Positions 48,372 through 57,573 of a DNA stretch of 64,000 nt are shown piece by piece; within the stretch, counting starts at the first letter, position 1, and the number at the start of each line of letters is the position of its first letter. The DNA is taken from contig CAILUD010000167.1 in the NCBI GenBank assembly GCA_903837285.1, positions 19,692 through 83,691 of the forward strand, written 5' to 3'. A program made the translations under genes and the position numbers. The notes beneath the pieces were generated by a model that saw nothing but the letters and a program-made list of their open reading frames with translations, did no database searches and was not told the origin of the DNA. The DNA is from an uncultured Bacteroidota bacterium. Lineage in GTDB: Bacteria; Bacteroidota; Bacteroidia; Bacteroidales; GWA2-32-17.

Positions 48372-49568
48372 TTATTCTTTATTAGTATTTAATGTTAAAT
48401 TTATTGCTATCCAAGCCATAAGTCCATGAGTCGTTTCTAAGACACTTTCGTCAATATTGAAGCGAGAGGAGTGTAGAGGATGATTTGTGTCTTCGTTATT
48501 ATTTGCTGTTCCTAATCTGTACATTGTTGCAGGATATTCCTGAGCAAAATATGAAAAGTCTTCTGCAGTCATTCTAATATCCATGTCAATAACATTCTTG
48601 GCACCTAAATATTCCTGAGATAATTTTCTTGATTGTTCAGTTATATTTTCGTTATTTATTAAACTAGGGTATCCGTTCATAATTCTTACATCGCAATCGC
48701 CGCCCATGCTTTTAGCTATGGATTTTGACATTAATTCAATTTCCTTTAAAGCCTCTTTTCTCCATTCTTCGTTCATTGTGCGAAATGTTCCTTCAATAAT
48801 TACTTCATCGGGTATAATGTTAGTAGCTCCGTTTGCAATAACTTTTCCGAATGAAAGTACCGAAGGTATTGCAGCAAAAGCTTTGCGACTAACTATTTGT
48901 TGTAATGCAACAATTATATGAGAAGATATTAGAACTGTATCTGTTAACTGATGAGGCATTGCTGCATGTCCACCTTTACCTTTTACAGTTATATAAATTT
49001 CATCTGTAGAAGCCATGTACATTCCACTTTTAAATCCTACTGTTCCCGCTTTCATTGAAGGATTTACATGTTGCGCAATAACTATTTCCGGTTTATGTTC
49101 ATTAAAAATACCATCAGCTAGCATTTGTTTTGCTCCACCAGGTAATTTTTCTTCGGCAGGTTGAAAAACAAATAAAAATTTACCAGATAATTCAGATTTT
49201 AGCTCATTTAAAATTAATATAACACCCATTAATGAAGAAGTGTGAACATCATGCCCGCATGCATGCATAACACCTGTGTTTTGCGATTTATATGAGCAAA
49301 TATTTTGTTCTGTAATTGGTAAAGCGTCAATGTCAGCACGGAGAGCAATGGTTTTTCCGGGTTTACTTCCTTCGATAATTGCGAGTATCCCATTTCCTGC
49401 AATATTATTTTTAAATGATATTTTATTATTTGTTAGAAATTTTATGATGAATTGTGAAGTTTCATTTTCTTGAAATGAAAGCTCAGGATTAGCATGTAAA
49501 TGATGCCTGAATTCGATTACTTTATCAGCATATTTTGCTGCAAGTATTTTTAATTTTAAAATATCCAT
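48372..49568 (-). CDS. M20D-family amidohydrolase (N-acyl-L-amino acid amidohydrolase-like)
   Basis: Metal-ligand region MHACGHDVH and the GKGGHAAMPH motif. Confidence 0.85.
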   Translation of the reverse strand: MDILKLKILAAKYADKVIEFRHHLHANPELSFQENETSQFIIKFLTNNKISFKNNIAGNGILAIIEGSKPGKTIALRADIDALPITEQNICSYKSQNTGVMHACGHDVHTSSLMGVILILNELKSELSGKFLFVFQPAEEKLPGGAKQMLADGIFNEHKPEIVIAQHVNPSMKAGTVGFKSGMYMASTDEIYITVKGKGGHAAMPHQLTDTVLISSHIIVALQQIVSRKAFAAIPSVLSFGKVIANGATNIIPDEVIIEGTFRTMNEEWRKEALKEIELMSKSIAKSMGGDCDVRIMNGYPSLINNENITEQSRKLSQEYLGAKNVIDMDIRMTAEDFSYFAQEYPATMYRLGTANNNEDTNHPLHSSRFNIDESVLETTHGLMAWIAINLTLNTNKE

Positions 49569-49569
49569 T

Positions 49570-49959
49570 TTATTTTCCTAAAATCATTTTTAAACCTATA
49601 ATAATTACAACACCGCCAAATATTCTTTTTAATATGTTATCTGGTATTTGAACTGACCATAATGAACCTAAATAAGCCCCAATAAAAAATGCTAAAGCTA
49701 AAACAATAGCATACTTAAAGTTTACGTATCCACTCTTGTAATAATTCATTACTGCAAGAAGTCCAATTGGTGCTAGCATAAAAGCTAAATTTGTGCCTTG
49801 TGCCTGATGTTGCGTAAAGCCCATAAACATTACTAATGCAGGAATAACAATAACACCACCTCCTAAACCAAACATTCCGCCAAAAATACCGGCAATTAAA
49901 CCAATAAGTATAAGTGAAAATAATTCTGTCAATCCCATTTTCATATTGTTAGAAATCAA
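49570..49959 (-). CDS. half-size TauE/SafE (TSUP) family membrane protein
   Basis: 129 aa with four hydrophobic segments and the G-rich TSUP motif GLGGGVIVIPAL. Confidence 0.6.
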   Translation of the reverse strand: MISNNMKMGLTELFSLILIGLIAGIFGGMFGLGGGVIVIPALVMFMGFTQHQAQGTNLAFMLAPIGLLAVMNYYKSGYVNFKYAIVLALAFFIGAYLGSLWSVQIPDNILKRIFGGVVIIIGLKMILGK

Positions 49960-52900
49960 GACTTAATGAAAGGTAAAATATTTTTGGTAGTATAACATTG
50001 TTTTCAATTCCCCATGCCCAATCGGCTCTAATAAAATATCCTAATAGTCTGCTTCTTAAACCAAATCCATAACCATAAACAATTGGCTGACGATCTTTAT
50101 CAATGACAATTGTTATAGGACCATTTCGAATTATTTCATTATTATATGCATTTTGTTTACTGTATGGTGAACTTCCACTCCATGCTGTACCTACATCAAA
50201 GAATCCTATTAATTGAAAATTTTCTAGCAAATCGCTATGTATAGGTCGATTCATGAGGTATTTAATAATTGGCCATCGTAGTTCGTTATTTAAAACAGCA
50301 AAACTATTTCCATTTCTTATGTTTTGTGTAAACCCACGCATGTTAGTAGCCACTGCCTGGTATGCGTAATTTTGGTTTTGGTCTATTAATACGGATCTGT
50401 CAAAAGTTTGAACTTTAGTGCTTAAATTAATCCAGTTATCTACACTACCTAAATAATAAATAAGTTTACGGTTACCAAATGATGTACTTGCACCAAATCG
50501 AGTTGCTAAAATTAACTCACGATGTATTTTTTGATAATGGCGAAAATCGCAACCTATAACAAATAAACTAGATTTTTTTGCATCTACTTGTTTGTAGGAT
50601 TCAAAAAATACTTTTGAACGTGTTCCGTAATATAAATTTAAGCCTTTATTTCTTGTGTTATCATATATCCATTCAGCTTTTGCTCCCAGCCAGGAACTAA
50701 CTCTATCATCTGCTTGTAATGTGTTTAAATCTGTAGAAAGAAATGTGCTTTTATCGTATCTAAGGTTAGTTGTTAACCTAACTGACATAACTTGATTAAA
50801 TGGATATTTTAAAATATAATGTAGTTCGTGAGTATGAGTTTTTATTAAAGCATTAGCCATTGCGCTATTTAATGCTAAGCGGTGAAAAACTAATTGCTTG
50901 TCTAAACGTTTTTTCAAATTCTCGAAACTTAACAAATACTCGTTACTGTCAAAATTTCCTGCAAAACGCACACCACCGGTAATTTTATAATCTTCAAAGA
51001 CATCAGTTGTTCCAACTTTAAAGAAAATGTTAAAACCTGGATTAAAATAAAACGGACCACCTGTAAAAGGCTGATATGAGTTACTTAGAAAACCAAAATC
51101 TACCTGGCTTACAACTGTATTAGTATAAAATGAAGTTAGGTAAAGTCTTGGTCGTAATTCAATTACTTGTGTGCTGTCTGCTTTTGTAGTTGCTTTTGCA
51201 CTGTCTGTAACAGGTAAATATCCTCTTTGTTTATTCTTTTGAAATTCGAAAATGTAATTATTAATGTCTATACGCGATGTGTCATAAAATTGAACATCAA
51301 TAATCGTATTTACAATAACTGTATCTCCTCTTGCTTCTTTAATCTTTTTTGCTTTATTTATGCTATCTAGTTCAGCAGTTTTTTTAATTAAATCTATTCT
51401 GTAATTTGTTAATTTATTTTTTACTTCGATTGTATAATCAGGTATGCCTGATAATAAATAGTTACGTCCTTTTCTGTAAAGAATTTCAGAATAAGATTTT
51501 CCTTCAGGTGTTACAAATTGTTCTAATATATTTCTAGTGTAATTTGTTAAAGATTTACTTTCGGTAAAATATCTAAAATGAGTTACAGTGTCTATAAAGT
51601 TTATTGTACTGTCAAATTTGGCATATTTGCGATTTATAATACCGCTTTCATCACTTAAATAAAGGTATTCGTGATGTTTTATTTGAAATGGGTATGTTTC
51701 GTTGCTTAAAGGGGTTTGAGTAATTCGAGTTAAAAGAGGTGACTTATTTTTATAATCAAATTGAAAAATATCATATGTTGCATCTTGAAAATTTATGGTT
51801 TTATCCATTCCAATAGTGTCGTTCTTTCGGTTTGATGAAAAAAGAATTTCGGTTGAATTATTTATAAATTTTGGAAAACGATCATCTGCAAGGTCATTTG
51901 TTATTTTAGTAAAAGTATTAGCTGCATTATTAAAAACATAAATATCAGTCTGTCCATTTTTTACAGCTGACATAACTATATTAAACCCATCCTGAGAAAA
52001 GGAGTAATCTAAAATTTTATCAATATTAAAAATTTCTTTCCATTCTGCTTTTTTTTCTTCTAAGTCATAAAAGTAAAGTCGTATGGTGCCTTTCTCTTCG
52101 GTAATATATGAAAATATTTTACTTGAAGGATGCCAAGCTAATAGCGGAAAAGAATAATCATTAATCTGATCAAGGCTATGTCCTAATCTAAAAATTCTTT
52201 TTCCTTTCTTTTCTTCATTTGTTTTTATATAAATGCGGTTTTTTCCTATCTCATTTGTTTGGTATGCAAAGTATTTACCATCTGGACTTTCTGTAAGATT
52301 CTGATAGATTTTTGATTTTTGTGCTCGTTTAATTACTTTACCTGTTTTGGGAAATTCTCTCTGTTGCTCATCTGTGTAATATTTTTCGTCGTAATAATTA
52401 AGCCATTCTAACGATAAATATTTCATTGGAAGTCCGAGTACATATAAAAATCCGCTTTCACTGTTTTTGCTAACTCTGGTTAAATAAAGAATGTTAGGAA
52501 TTACTTGTTTGCCAAATTTTTGTGCAATAAAATACCAGATTGAGTGACCTGCATAAACAGCATCGTTTCCAGATAGTCTGTTAAACTTTTCGAATTTACC
52601 TGTTAGAATTCCATCACGAACGTAGTTGTCTATTTCAACATTCCAATCGTCAGATAAATATGAAATAATTCCTTTGTAATACCATTCGGGAAGAGTAAGT
52701 AACGTTGAGTTTGTGACTTTTGCTGTAAAGTCGCTTCCGTAAATCATTTCATTTACCATTACTTCTGCAATTGCTGCATGAATCTGCTTTTGAAATTTTA
52801 CATGGTCACCTTCGAAGTAAATAAAAACTTTATTATTAACAATTCTTGTTGTACCACCAATATTGTATTGATCGTTACCCGAAACTAAGCCAATATTACT

Positions 52901-53218
52901 TTGTCTGAAATCTGATAAGTTATTGTATACCAGAAAAATAATTCTCTTTTCTAAGGCGTAGCCAAAATAATTTTCTAAATCATTAATTCTCTTATTAGCG
53001 ATACTGTTTGTAAAATCTGCTAAATTTTTTCCTCCTACATAAAAGTAAGTGTCAAATTTTTCTTGTCTGTAAAATTGCCAAACAAATTCTTTGTATTGAA
53101 CTCTGTTTTTTCCAAAGTCCATTTGCATGCCGTTATAGAATTGGGCATTGGAGCTTAAAACTATTAAGCTAAAAAGAAATAATAAGCCGTATTTTATTTT
53201 TGTTTTTAGCACCATCAT
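49949..53218 (-). CDS. large outer-membrane protein: N-terminal domain, TolB/PD40-like beta-propeller repeats, and an Omp85-like C-terminal barrel
   Basis: Signal peptide. PD40-like repeats (e.g. DDRFPKFINNSTEILFSSNR). C-terminal FFDVGTAW and a terminal ...LSLSLDF typical of Omp85-type barrels. Confidence 0.4.
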   Translation of the reverse strand: MMVLKTKIKYGLLFLFSLIVLSSNAQFYNGMQMDFGKNRVQYKEFVWQFYRQEKFDTYFYVGGKNLADFTNSIANKRINDLENYFGYALEKRIIFLVYNNLSDFRQSNIGLVSGNDQYNIGGTTRIVNNKVFIYFEGDHVKFQKQIHAAIAEVMVNEMIYGSDFTAKVTNSTLLTLPEWYYKGIISYLSDDWNVEIDNYVRDGILTGKFEKFNRLSGNDAVYAGHSIWYFIAQKFGKQVIPNILYLTRVSKNSESGFLYVLGLPMKYLSLEWLNYYDEKYYTDEQQREFPKTGKVIKRAQKSKIYQNLTESPDGKYFAYQTNEIGKNRIYIKTNEEKKGKRIFRLGHSLDQINDYSFPLLAWHPSSKIFSYITEEKGTIRLYFYDLEEKKAEWKEIFNIDKILDYSFSQDGFNIVMSAVKNGQTDIYVFNNAANTFTKITNDLADDRFPKFINNSTEILFSSNRKNDTIGMDKTINFQDATYDIFQFDYKNKSPLLTRITQTPLSNETYPFQIKHHEYLYLSDESGIINRKYAKFDSTINFIDTVTHFRYFTESKSLTNYTRNILEQFVTPEGKSYSEILYRKGRNYLLSGIPDYTIEVKNKLTNYRIDLIKKTAELDSINKAKKIKEARGDTVIVNTIIDVQFYDTSRIDINNYIFEFQKNKQRGYLPVTDSAKATTKADSTQVIELRPRLYLTSFYTNTVVSQVDFGFLSNSYQPFTGGPFYFNPGFNIFFKVGTTDVFEDYKITGGVRFAGNFDSNEYLLSFENLKKRLDKQLVFHRLALNSAMANALIKTHTHELHYILKYPFNQVMSVRLTTNLRYDKSTFLSTDLNTLQADDRVSSWLGAKAEWIYDNTRNKGLNLYYGTRSKVFFESYKQVDAKKSSLFVIGCDFRHYQKIHRELILATRFGASTSFGNRKLIYYLGSVDNWINLSTKVQTFDRSVLIDQNQNYAYQAVATNMRGFTQNIRNGNSFAVLNNELRWPIIKYLMNRPIHSDLLENFQLIGFFDVGTAWSGSSPYSKQNAYNNEIIRNGPITIVIDKDRQPIVYGYGFGLRSRLLGYFIRADWAWGIENNVILPKIFYLSLSLDF

Positions 53219-53306
53219 GGCGCTTAATTTTATTTGCGAATTTAATCATTTGTTTTAAGATAGTGAATTGATTGTAACAAGTAAATTTCATATTGATGTT
53301 AATATT

Positions 53307-53314
53307 TATCTTTG
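53307..53314 (+). promoter_or_regulatory. candidate -7 box TATCTTTG upstream of the Nramp-USP gene
   Basis: Matches TAnnTTTG, 17 nt before ATG 53331. Confidence 0.3.
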
Positions 53315-53330
53315 CATAATTTAAAGCGAA

Positions 53331-55199
53331 ATGCAAAATTCTCTGTCAGAAATTAATCAAACTGTTGATACCCGTAAAAAGAGCGGTTTTTTTCGTAAGC
53401 TTTTTTCATTTATTGGACCAGCTTATTTGATAAGTATTGGATATATGGACCCGGGCAACTGGGCTACTGATATTGCTGCAGGAAGTAAGTTTGGTTATAG
53501 TTTGATGTGGGTATTACTTTTATCTAATTTGATTGCTCTTTTATTGCAAACTTTAAGTGCAAGGTTGGGAATTGTAAGGGGTTTAGATTTAGCTCAGGCA
53601 ACTCGTGAAGCTTATCCGAAAATTGTAAATTTTGTACTTTATATTTTTGCTGAAATTGCTATAACAGCTTGTGATTTAGCAGAAGTAATAGGAATGGCAA
53701 TTGGATTAAATTTACTTTTTGATATTCCATTAATTTATGGAGTGTTAATTACTCTTTTTGATACATTTATATTGTTATTTCTTATAAATAAAGGGATTAG
53801 AAAAACGGAAGCTTTTATAGTCGGATTAATAGCGATGATTGGATTAGCTTTTCTGGTTCAGATTATAATAGCTCAGCCAAATTATGTTGATGTTTTTGGA
53901 GGATTTATTCCAAAATTAGGTTCAACAGATGCACTTTATATAGCCATTGGTATTATTGGCGCAACAGTAATGCCGCATAACCTTTATTTACATTCTTCTC
54001 TTGTGCAATCACGAAAATTTAACAGAGACGAAAAAGGAATAAAGCAGGCAATTAAATTCAATTTTATTGATTCTTTTTTAGCATTAAATGTTGCCTTTTT
54101 AATAAATGCTGCAATTCTTGTTCTTTCGGCTTCTTCTTTTCATGAAAATGGACTAAATGAAGTTGCAGGAATTGAAGATGCCCATAAGTTGTTGGGCTCG
54201 TTGTTAGGAAGTGTGGCGCCAGTATTATTTGCATTTTCATTGATTTTAGCAGGACAAAGTTCAACTGTTTCTGGAACTTTAGCAGGACAAATTATTATGG
54301 AAGGTCATATTCACCTTCGTGTACAACCATGGATAAGGCGGTTTATTACAAGATTTATTGCAATAATTCCTGCTGTTATTGTGATTTTATTGTTTGGAAA
54401 TGAGGGTACAGGTAAATTATTAATTCTAAGTCAGGTAATTTTAAGTTTGCAATTGGGTTTTGCTGTAATTCCAATGATACATTTGGTTAGCGATAAAGAA
54501 AAAATGCATGGATTTCAAATTAAAATATTCATAAAAATACTTGCATGGATTGCAGCATTAATAATTGTAATTCTAAATGTATGGATGGCTTTTTCTGAAA
54601 TAAAAAGTTGGTTCGAAACACCTGGGTTTTCATTAATTTTAGGTTTTGTTATTTCATTATTTTCATTATTTGCTTTAATAATATTGGTTTATATAACTCT
54701 ATCGCCTATGTTCAGAAGATTATTTAGAAAAGTAGTGCATGTTCCGCATTATAAGTACGAAACAATAGAAATTGTTCCAACTTCCTCGTATAAAATTATA
54801 TCAATTGCACTTGATTTTAGTGTAGTTGATAAAGATATTTTAAATACTGCAATAAATATTGGAACAAAAGAGTCAGAATTTATTTTGATTCATATAATTG
54901 AATCGGCAAGTGCACTCGCATATGGTAATGAGAGCAGCGATTATGAATCACTAGAGGATGCTAAAACTTTAGAAAATTATGTACAACAACTGGTAAAAGC
55001 TGGTTATAATGCAAAATTTAAAATTGGATTTGGTAATCCAAGGAAGCAAATTCCTGTTATTGTTAAAGAATTTAATTCCGAAATACTTGTAATGGGAAGC
55101 CATGGTCATAAATTTTTTAAAGATATTATTTATGGAACTACTATTTCTGCAGTTCGCCATGAGGTTGATGTTCCTGTGTTAATTGTTAAAAAGAAGTAA
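53331..55199 (+). CDS. mntH: Nramp-family divalent metal transporter fused to a C-terminal universal stress protein (USP) domain
   Basis: Nramp motifs GYMDPGNWATDI and TVMPHNLYLHSSLV. The C-terminal 136 aa (54789..55196) form a USP fold carrying G-2x-G-9x-G(S/T) (GSHGHKFFKDIIYGT). Confidence 0.85.
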   Translation: MQNSLSEINQTVDTRKKSGFFRKLFSFIGPAYLISIGYMDPGNWATDIAAGSKFGYSLMWVLLLSNLIALLLQTLSARLGIVRGLDLAQATREAYPKIVNFVLYIFAEIAITACDLAEVIGMAIGLNLLFDIPLIYGVLITLFDTFILLFLINKGIRKTEAFIVGLIAMIGLAFLVQIIIAQPNYVDVFGGFIPKLGSTDALYIAIGIIGATVMPHNLYLHSSLVQSRKFNRDEKGIKQAIKFNFIDSFLALNVAFLINAAILVLSASSFHENGLNEVAGIEDAHKLLGSLLGSVAPVLFAFSLILAGQSSTVSGTLAGQIIMEGHIHLRVQPWIRRFITRFIAIIPAVIVILLFGNEGTGKLLILSQVILSLQLGFAVIPMIHLVSDKEKMHGFQIKIFIKILAWIAALIIVILNVWMAFSEIKSWFETPGFSLILGFVISLFSLFALIILVYITLSPMFRRLFRKVVHVPHYKYETIEIVPTSSYKIISIALDFSVVDKDILNTAINIGTKESEFILIHIIESASALAYGNESSDYESLEDAKTLENYVQQLVKAGYNAKFKIGFGNPRKQIPVIVKEFNSEILVMGSHGHKFFKDIIYGTTISAVRHEVDVPVLIVKKK

Positions 55200-55292
55200 T
55201 TAAAAATATGATTATATTTTGTTACTTTTTTTCGTTAGTGAAGTCGATGTGTTTTGTTAGCCATAAATGGGATTTTGCTTCGCAAGATAATA

Positions 55293-55364
55293 GTTGCGGG
55301 TCAGGCCCGCAATGACGCTATTTTTTTAATATGTTCGTCATGGCGGACTTGATCCGCCATCTCC
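55293..55364. repeat. inverted pair of CGTCAT-linked GC-rich hairpin motifs
   Basis: GTTGCGGGTCAGGCCCGCAATGACG (55293..55317) and CGTCATGGCGGACTTGATCCGCCATCTCC (55336..55364) face each other across an 18-nt AT spacer. Each has its own internal stem. Confidence 0.6.
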
Positions 55365-55438
55365 TTGACATTACAATTAATTGTTTCAAGAGTCCTCTTT
55401 TTCCATGGTCTGTGACACACATACCATCTAATTCTTTT

Positions 55439-55462
55439 GTTTCATGCGTCCTCGCATGAAAC
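55439..55462 (-). terminator. 10-bp hairpin just downstream of the PHP/T9SS-cargo gene
   Basis: GTTTCATGCG-TCCT-CGCATGAAAC, 8 nt from the stop at 55470. The T tract on the minus strand is weak. Confidence 0.45.
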
Positions 55463-55469
55463 TGGTAGT

Positions 55470-56735
55470 TTATTCAATAACTAGTTTTGAATTAAAGCTG
55501 CCAATTGTTGTATTTATTTCAATAAAATAAATACCAGATCTTAAAAAGCTGGTATTTAAATTTAAACTAGTTTCGTTTTTATATCCTTTTTGAAATACTT
55601 TTTTTCCTGTAATATCTTTAATTGTAATCTCATTAATTTTTGCATCGTTTCCTTCTGTTTGAATGGAGATAAATTCTTTTGCAGGATTAGGGAATATATT
55701 TATATGAATATTGTTATTTTCTGCTTCGTCGCTTGATGAAGCTGGTGTGAGGAATATTGGTGCAGACCATAAATAATCGTCATCGGGTTGTTTTGCACGA
55801 ATAAAAATCCAAGAAGAATTGTTTGTGTTTATTTGAAAAGTTGTATCAACTGATGAATGATTTACAGAAAATGAAGCCAGAGTTGTATTGTTGCTTGAGA
55901 TAATTGATACATTATTCCATATCTCATTATCGCTATCGTTTAAAATAATATTAATAATAGAGTTTGCCGATTTTGCACAAAAACCGCCCATGTTATGACC
56001 GTTTAAAGTCATCCATACTTTTGCATTTTTATCCATAGTAGAAAAAGTTCTACGGTTATAAAGTGCATCAATAATTGAATTATATGAAAGTGTATTTGCG
56101 TATATCCCGCAACGTGTGTCATCAAGATTACCCCATGTCCAGTCGTGGTTGTCTTGGTTATTTGTTGCAGAAACGTGCCATCCATTATTTAAGGCAAGTT
56201 GATAATAAGAATCATCAGAAAACTTTTTTACTTCAATTAATCTGAATATTGAGTCTATTGTTGCAGTTTTGTATGCAAAATTATTCCAGTTATTTGTTCC
56301 CAATAAGCCGGGATGATTAAACTGAGCAATTGCATTTTGTTGATTTTGTAAATCTGTAAGAAAAGCATCCCAGTTATTAACGTTTAATGGCGAAGTCATA
56401 CCGGTTGTATTAAATGCATTTACATGATTTATTGATGGTGAAGTCCATTCAAAGCCAGCCATGCCAACAAAAGATCCATTAATAGTAGATAAATTAGCAG
56501 AAATCTTAAGCGAATCCCATTCGTAGGATGAATAATAAATACTTTCAAGATGATCGGTAACAGCTAAAACATCAATATTTGCTACGTTGTTAGCATAATT
56601 AAAAGCATTTAATGGTACCCCAACACCACCAGAATAATCGGTATGACTGTGTAGGTTGCCATAATAACTGTTAAATTGAGCAAAAGTTAAATGAACTAAA
56701 ATTAAAAATGTTAAAGATAAATATAATCTATACAT
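55470..56735 (-). CDS. PHP-domain-like metallohydrolase with T9SS C-terminal sorting domain (secreted cargo)
   Basis: N-terminal YGNLHSHTDYSGG (PHP HxH). C-terminal about 80 aa with NIFPNPAKEFISIQ...GIYFIEI...KLVIE (type A CTD). ATG 56735 gives a clean signal peptide; the track start is 56762. Confidence 0.6.
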   Translation of the reverse strand: MYRLYLSLTFLILVHLTFAQFNSYYGNLHSHTDYSGGVGVPLNAFNYANNVANIDVLAVTDHLESIYYSSYEWDSLKISANLSTINGSFVGMAGFEWTSPSINHVNAFNTTGMTSPLNVNNWDAFLTDLQNQQNAIAQFNHPGLLGTNNWNNFAYKTATIDSIFRLIEVKKFSDDSYYQLALNNGWHVSATNNQDNHDWTWGNLDDTRCGIYANTLSYNSIIDALYNRRTFSTMDKNAKVWMTLNGHNMGGFCAKSANSIINIILNDSDNEIWNNVSIISSNNTTLASFSVNHSSVDTTFQINTNNSSWIFIRAKQPDDDYLWSAPIFLTPASSSDEAENNNIHINIFPNPAKEFISIQTEGNDAKINEITIKDITGKKVFQKGYKNETSLNLNTSFLRSGIYFIEINTTIGSFNSKLVIE

Positions 56736-56739
56736 AATG

Positions 56740-57573
56740 TTATTTTGTAAATATAGGTTCAATTATTTTAGGACAAATATTTTTCTCAAACCCGAGTTTT
56801 AGAAAACTATTAATTGCTGCTTTGCCTTTTTCTCCCAGATTAGTGCTGAATTCGTTTACGTATAATCCAATATGTTTCTTTGTGATTTCTTCAGAAGTTT
56901 CCTGAGCATTATTTCGTATAAATTGTTGCGAAGCATCTGGGAATTTATTTGCGAACTCTATACTCTCTTTAATTAATAAAGCAATATCTTTTTTTATTTT
57001 ATCAGGAAGTGAGCGTTTTATTGCAATTCCGCCAAGAGGTAAAGGCATTTTAGTTTCTTTTTCCCACATTTCTCCCAAATCTGCAATTTTAAGCAAACCT
57101 CTTTTTTTGTAGGTAAAACGGGTTTCATGAATTACTAAACCAGCATCTGCTTCGCCTGATAAAACTACTTCTTCAATATCAGAAAATAAATATTCGCGAA
57201 TATTTTTTTTATCTGGCTGCCAGAAAATATTTAACAACATGCTCGCAGTAGTGTAAGCACCGGGAATTGCAATTTTAATATCTTTTATCTCGTCGGGATA
57301 AATTTTTCTTTTACTTATTAAAAGCGGACCATTTCCAAATCCTAAAGCTGCTCCCGCCGGTAAAATCTGATATTTTTCGGAAACATGGGCATATGCGTGA
57401 AAACTTAATTTAGTAATGTCAAAATATTCTTCAAATGCATGATGATTCAGGTTTTCTACATCTGCCATTTCAACATCAAATTCATAACCTTTTAACAATA
57501 TTCTTTTGTTAACAATGGCATCAAAAATATATGTGTCGTTAGGGCATGGCGAAAAACCTAATGAAAGTTTCAT
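56740..57573 (-). CDS. mqnD: 1,4-dihydroxy-6-naphthoate synthase (futalosine pathway)
   Basis: Family-typical N-terminus LSLGFSPCPNDTYIFDA; about 277 aa; adjacent to the mqnB-like gene. Confidence 0.8.
   Translation of the reverse strand: MKLSLGFSPCPNDTYIFDAIVNKRILLKGYEFDVEMADVENLNHHAFEEYFDITKLSFHAYAHVSEKYQILPAGAALGFGNGPLLISKRKIYPDEIKDIKIAIPGAYTTASMLLNIFWQPDKKNIREYLFSDIEEVVLSGEADAGLVIHETRFTYKKRGLLKIADLGEMWEKETKMPLPLGGIAIKRSLPDKIKKDIALLIKESIEFANKFPDASQQFIRNNAQETSEEITKKHIGLYVNEFSTNLGEKGKAAINSFLKLGFEKNICPKIIEPIFTK

Noticed and set aside
55208-55459. Two small ORFs (35 and 42 codons) in the relatively GC-rich intergenic region
   Set aside because: Their sequences are determined by the hairpin and inverted-repeat DNA. 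They have no plausible leader or promoter context and fall below any reliable coding evidence.
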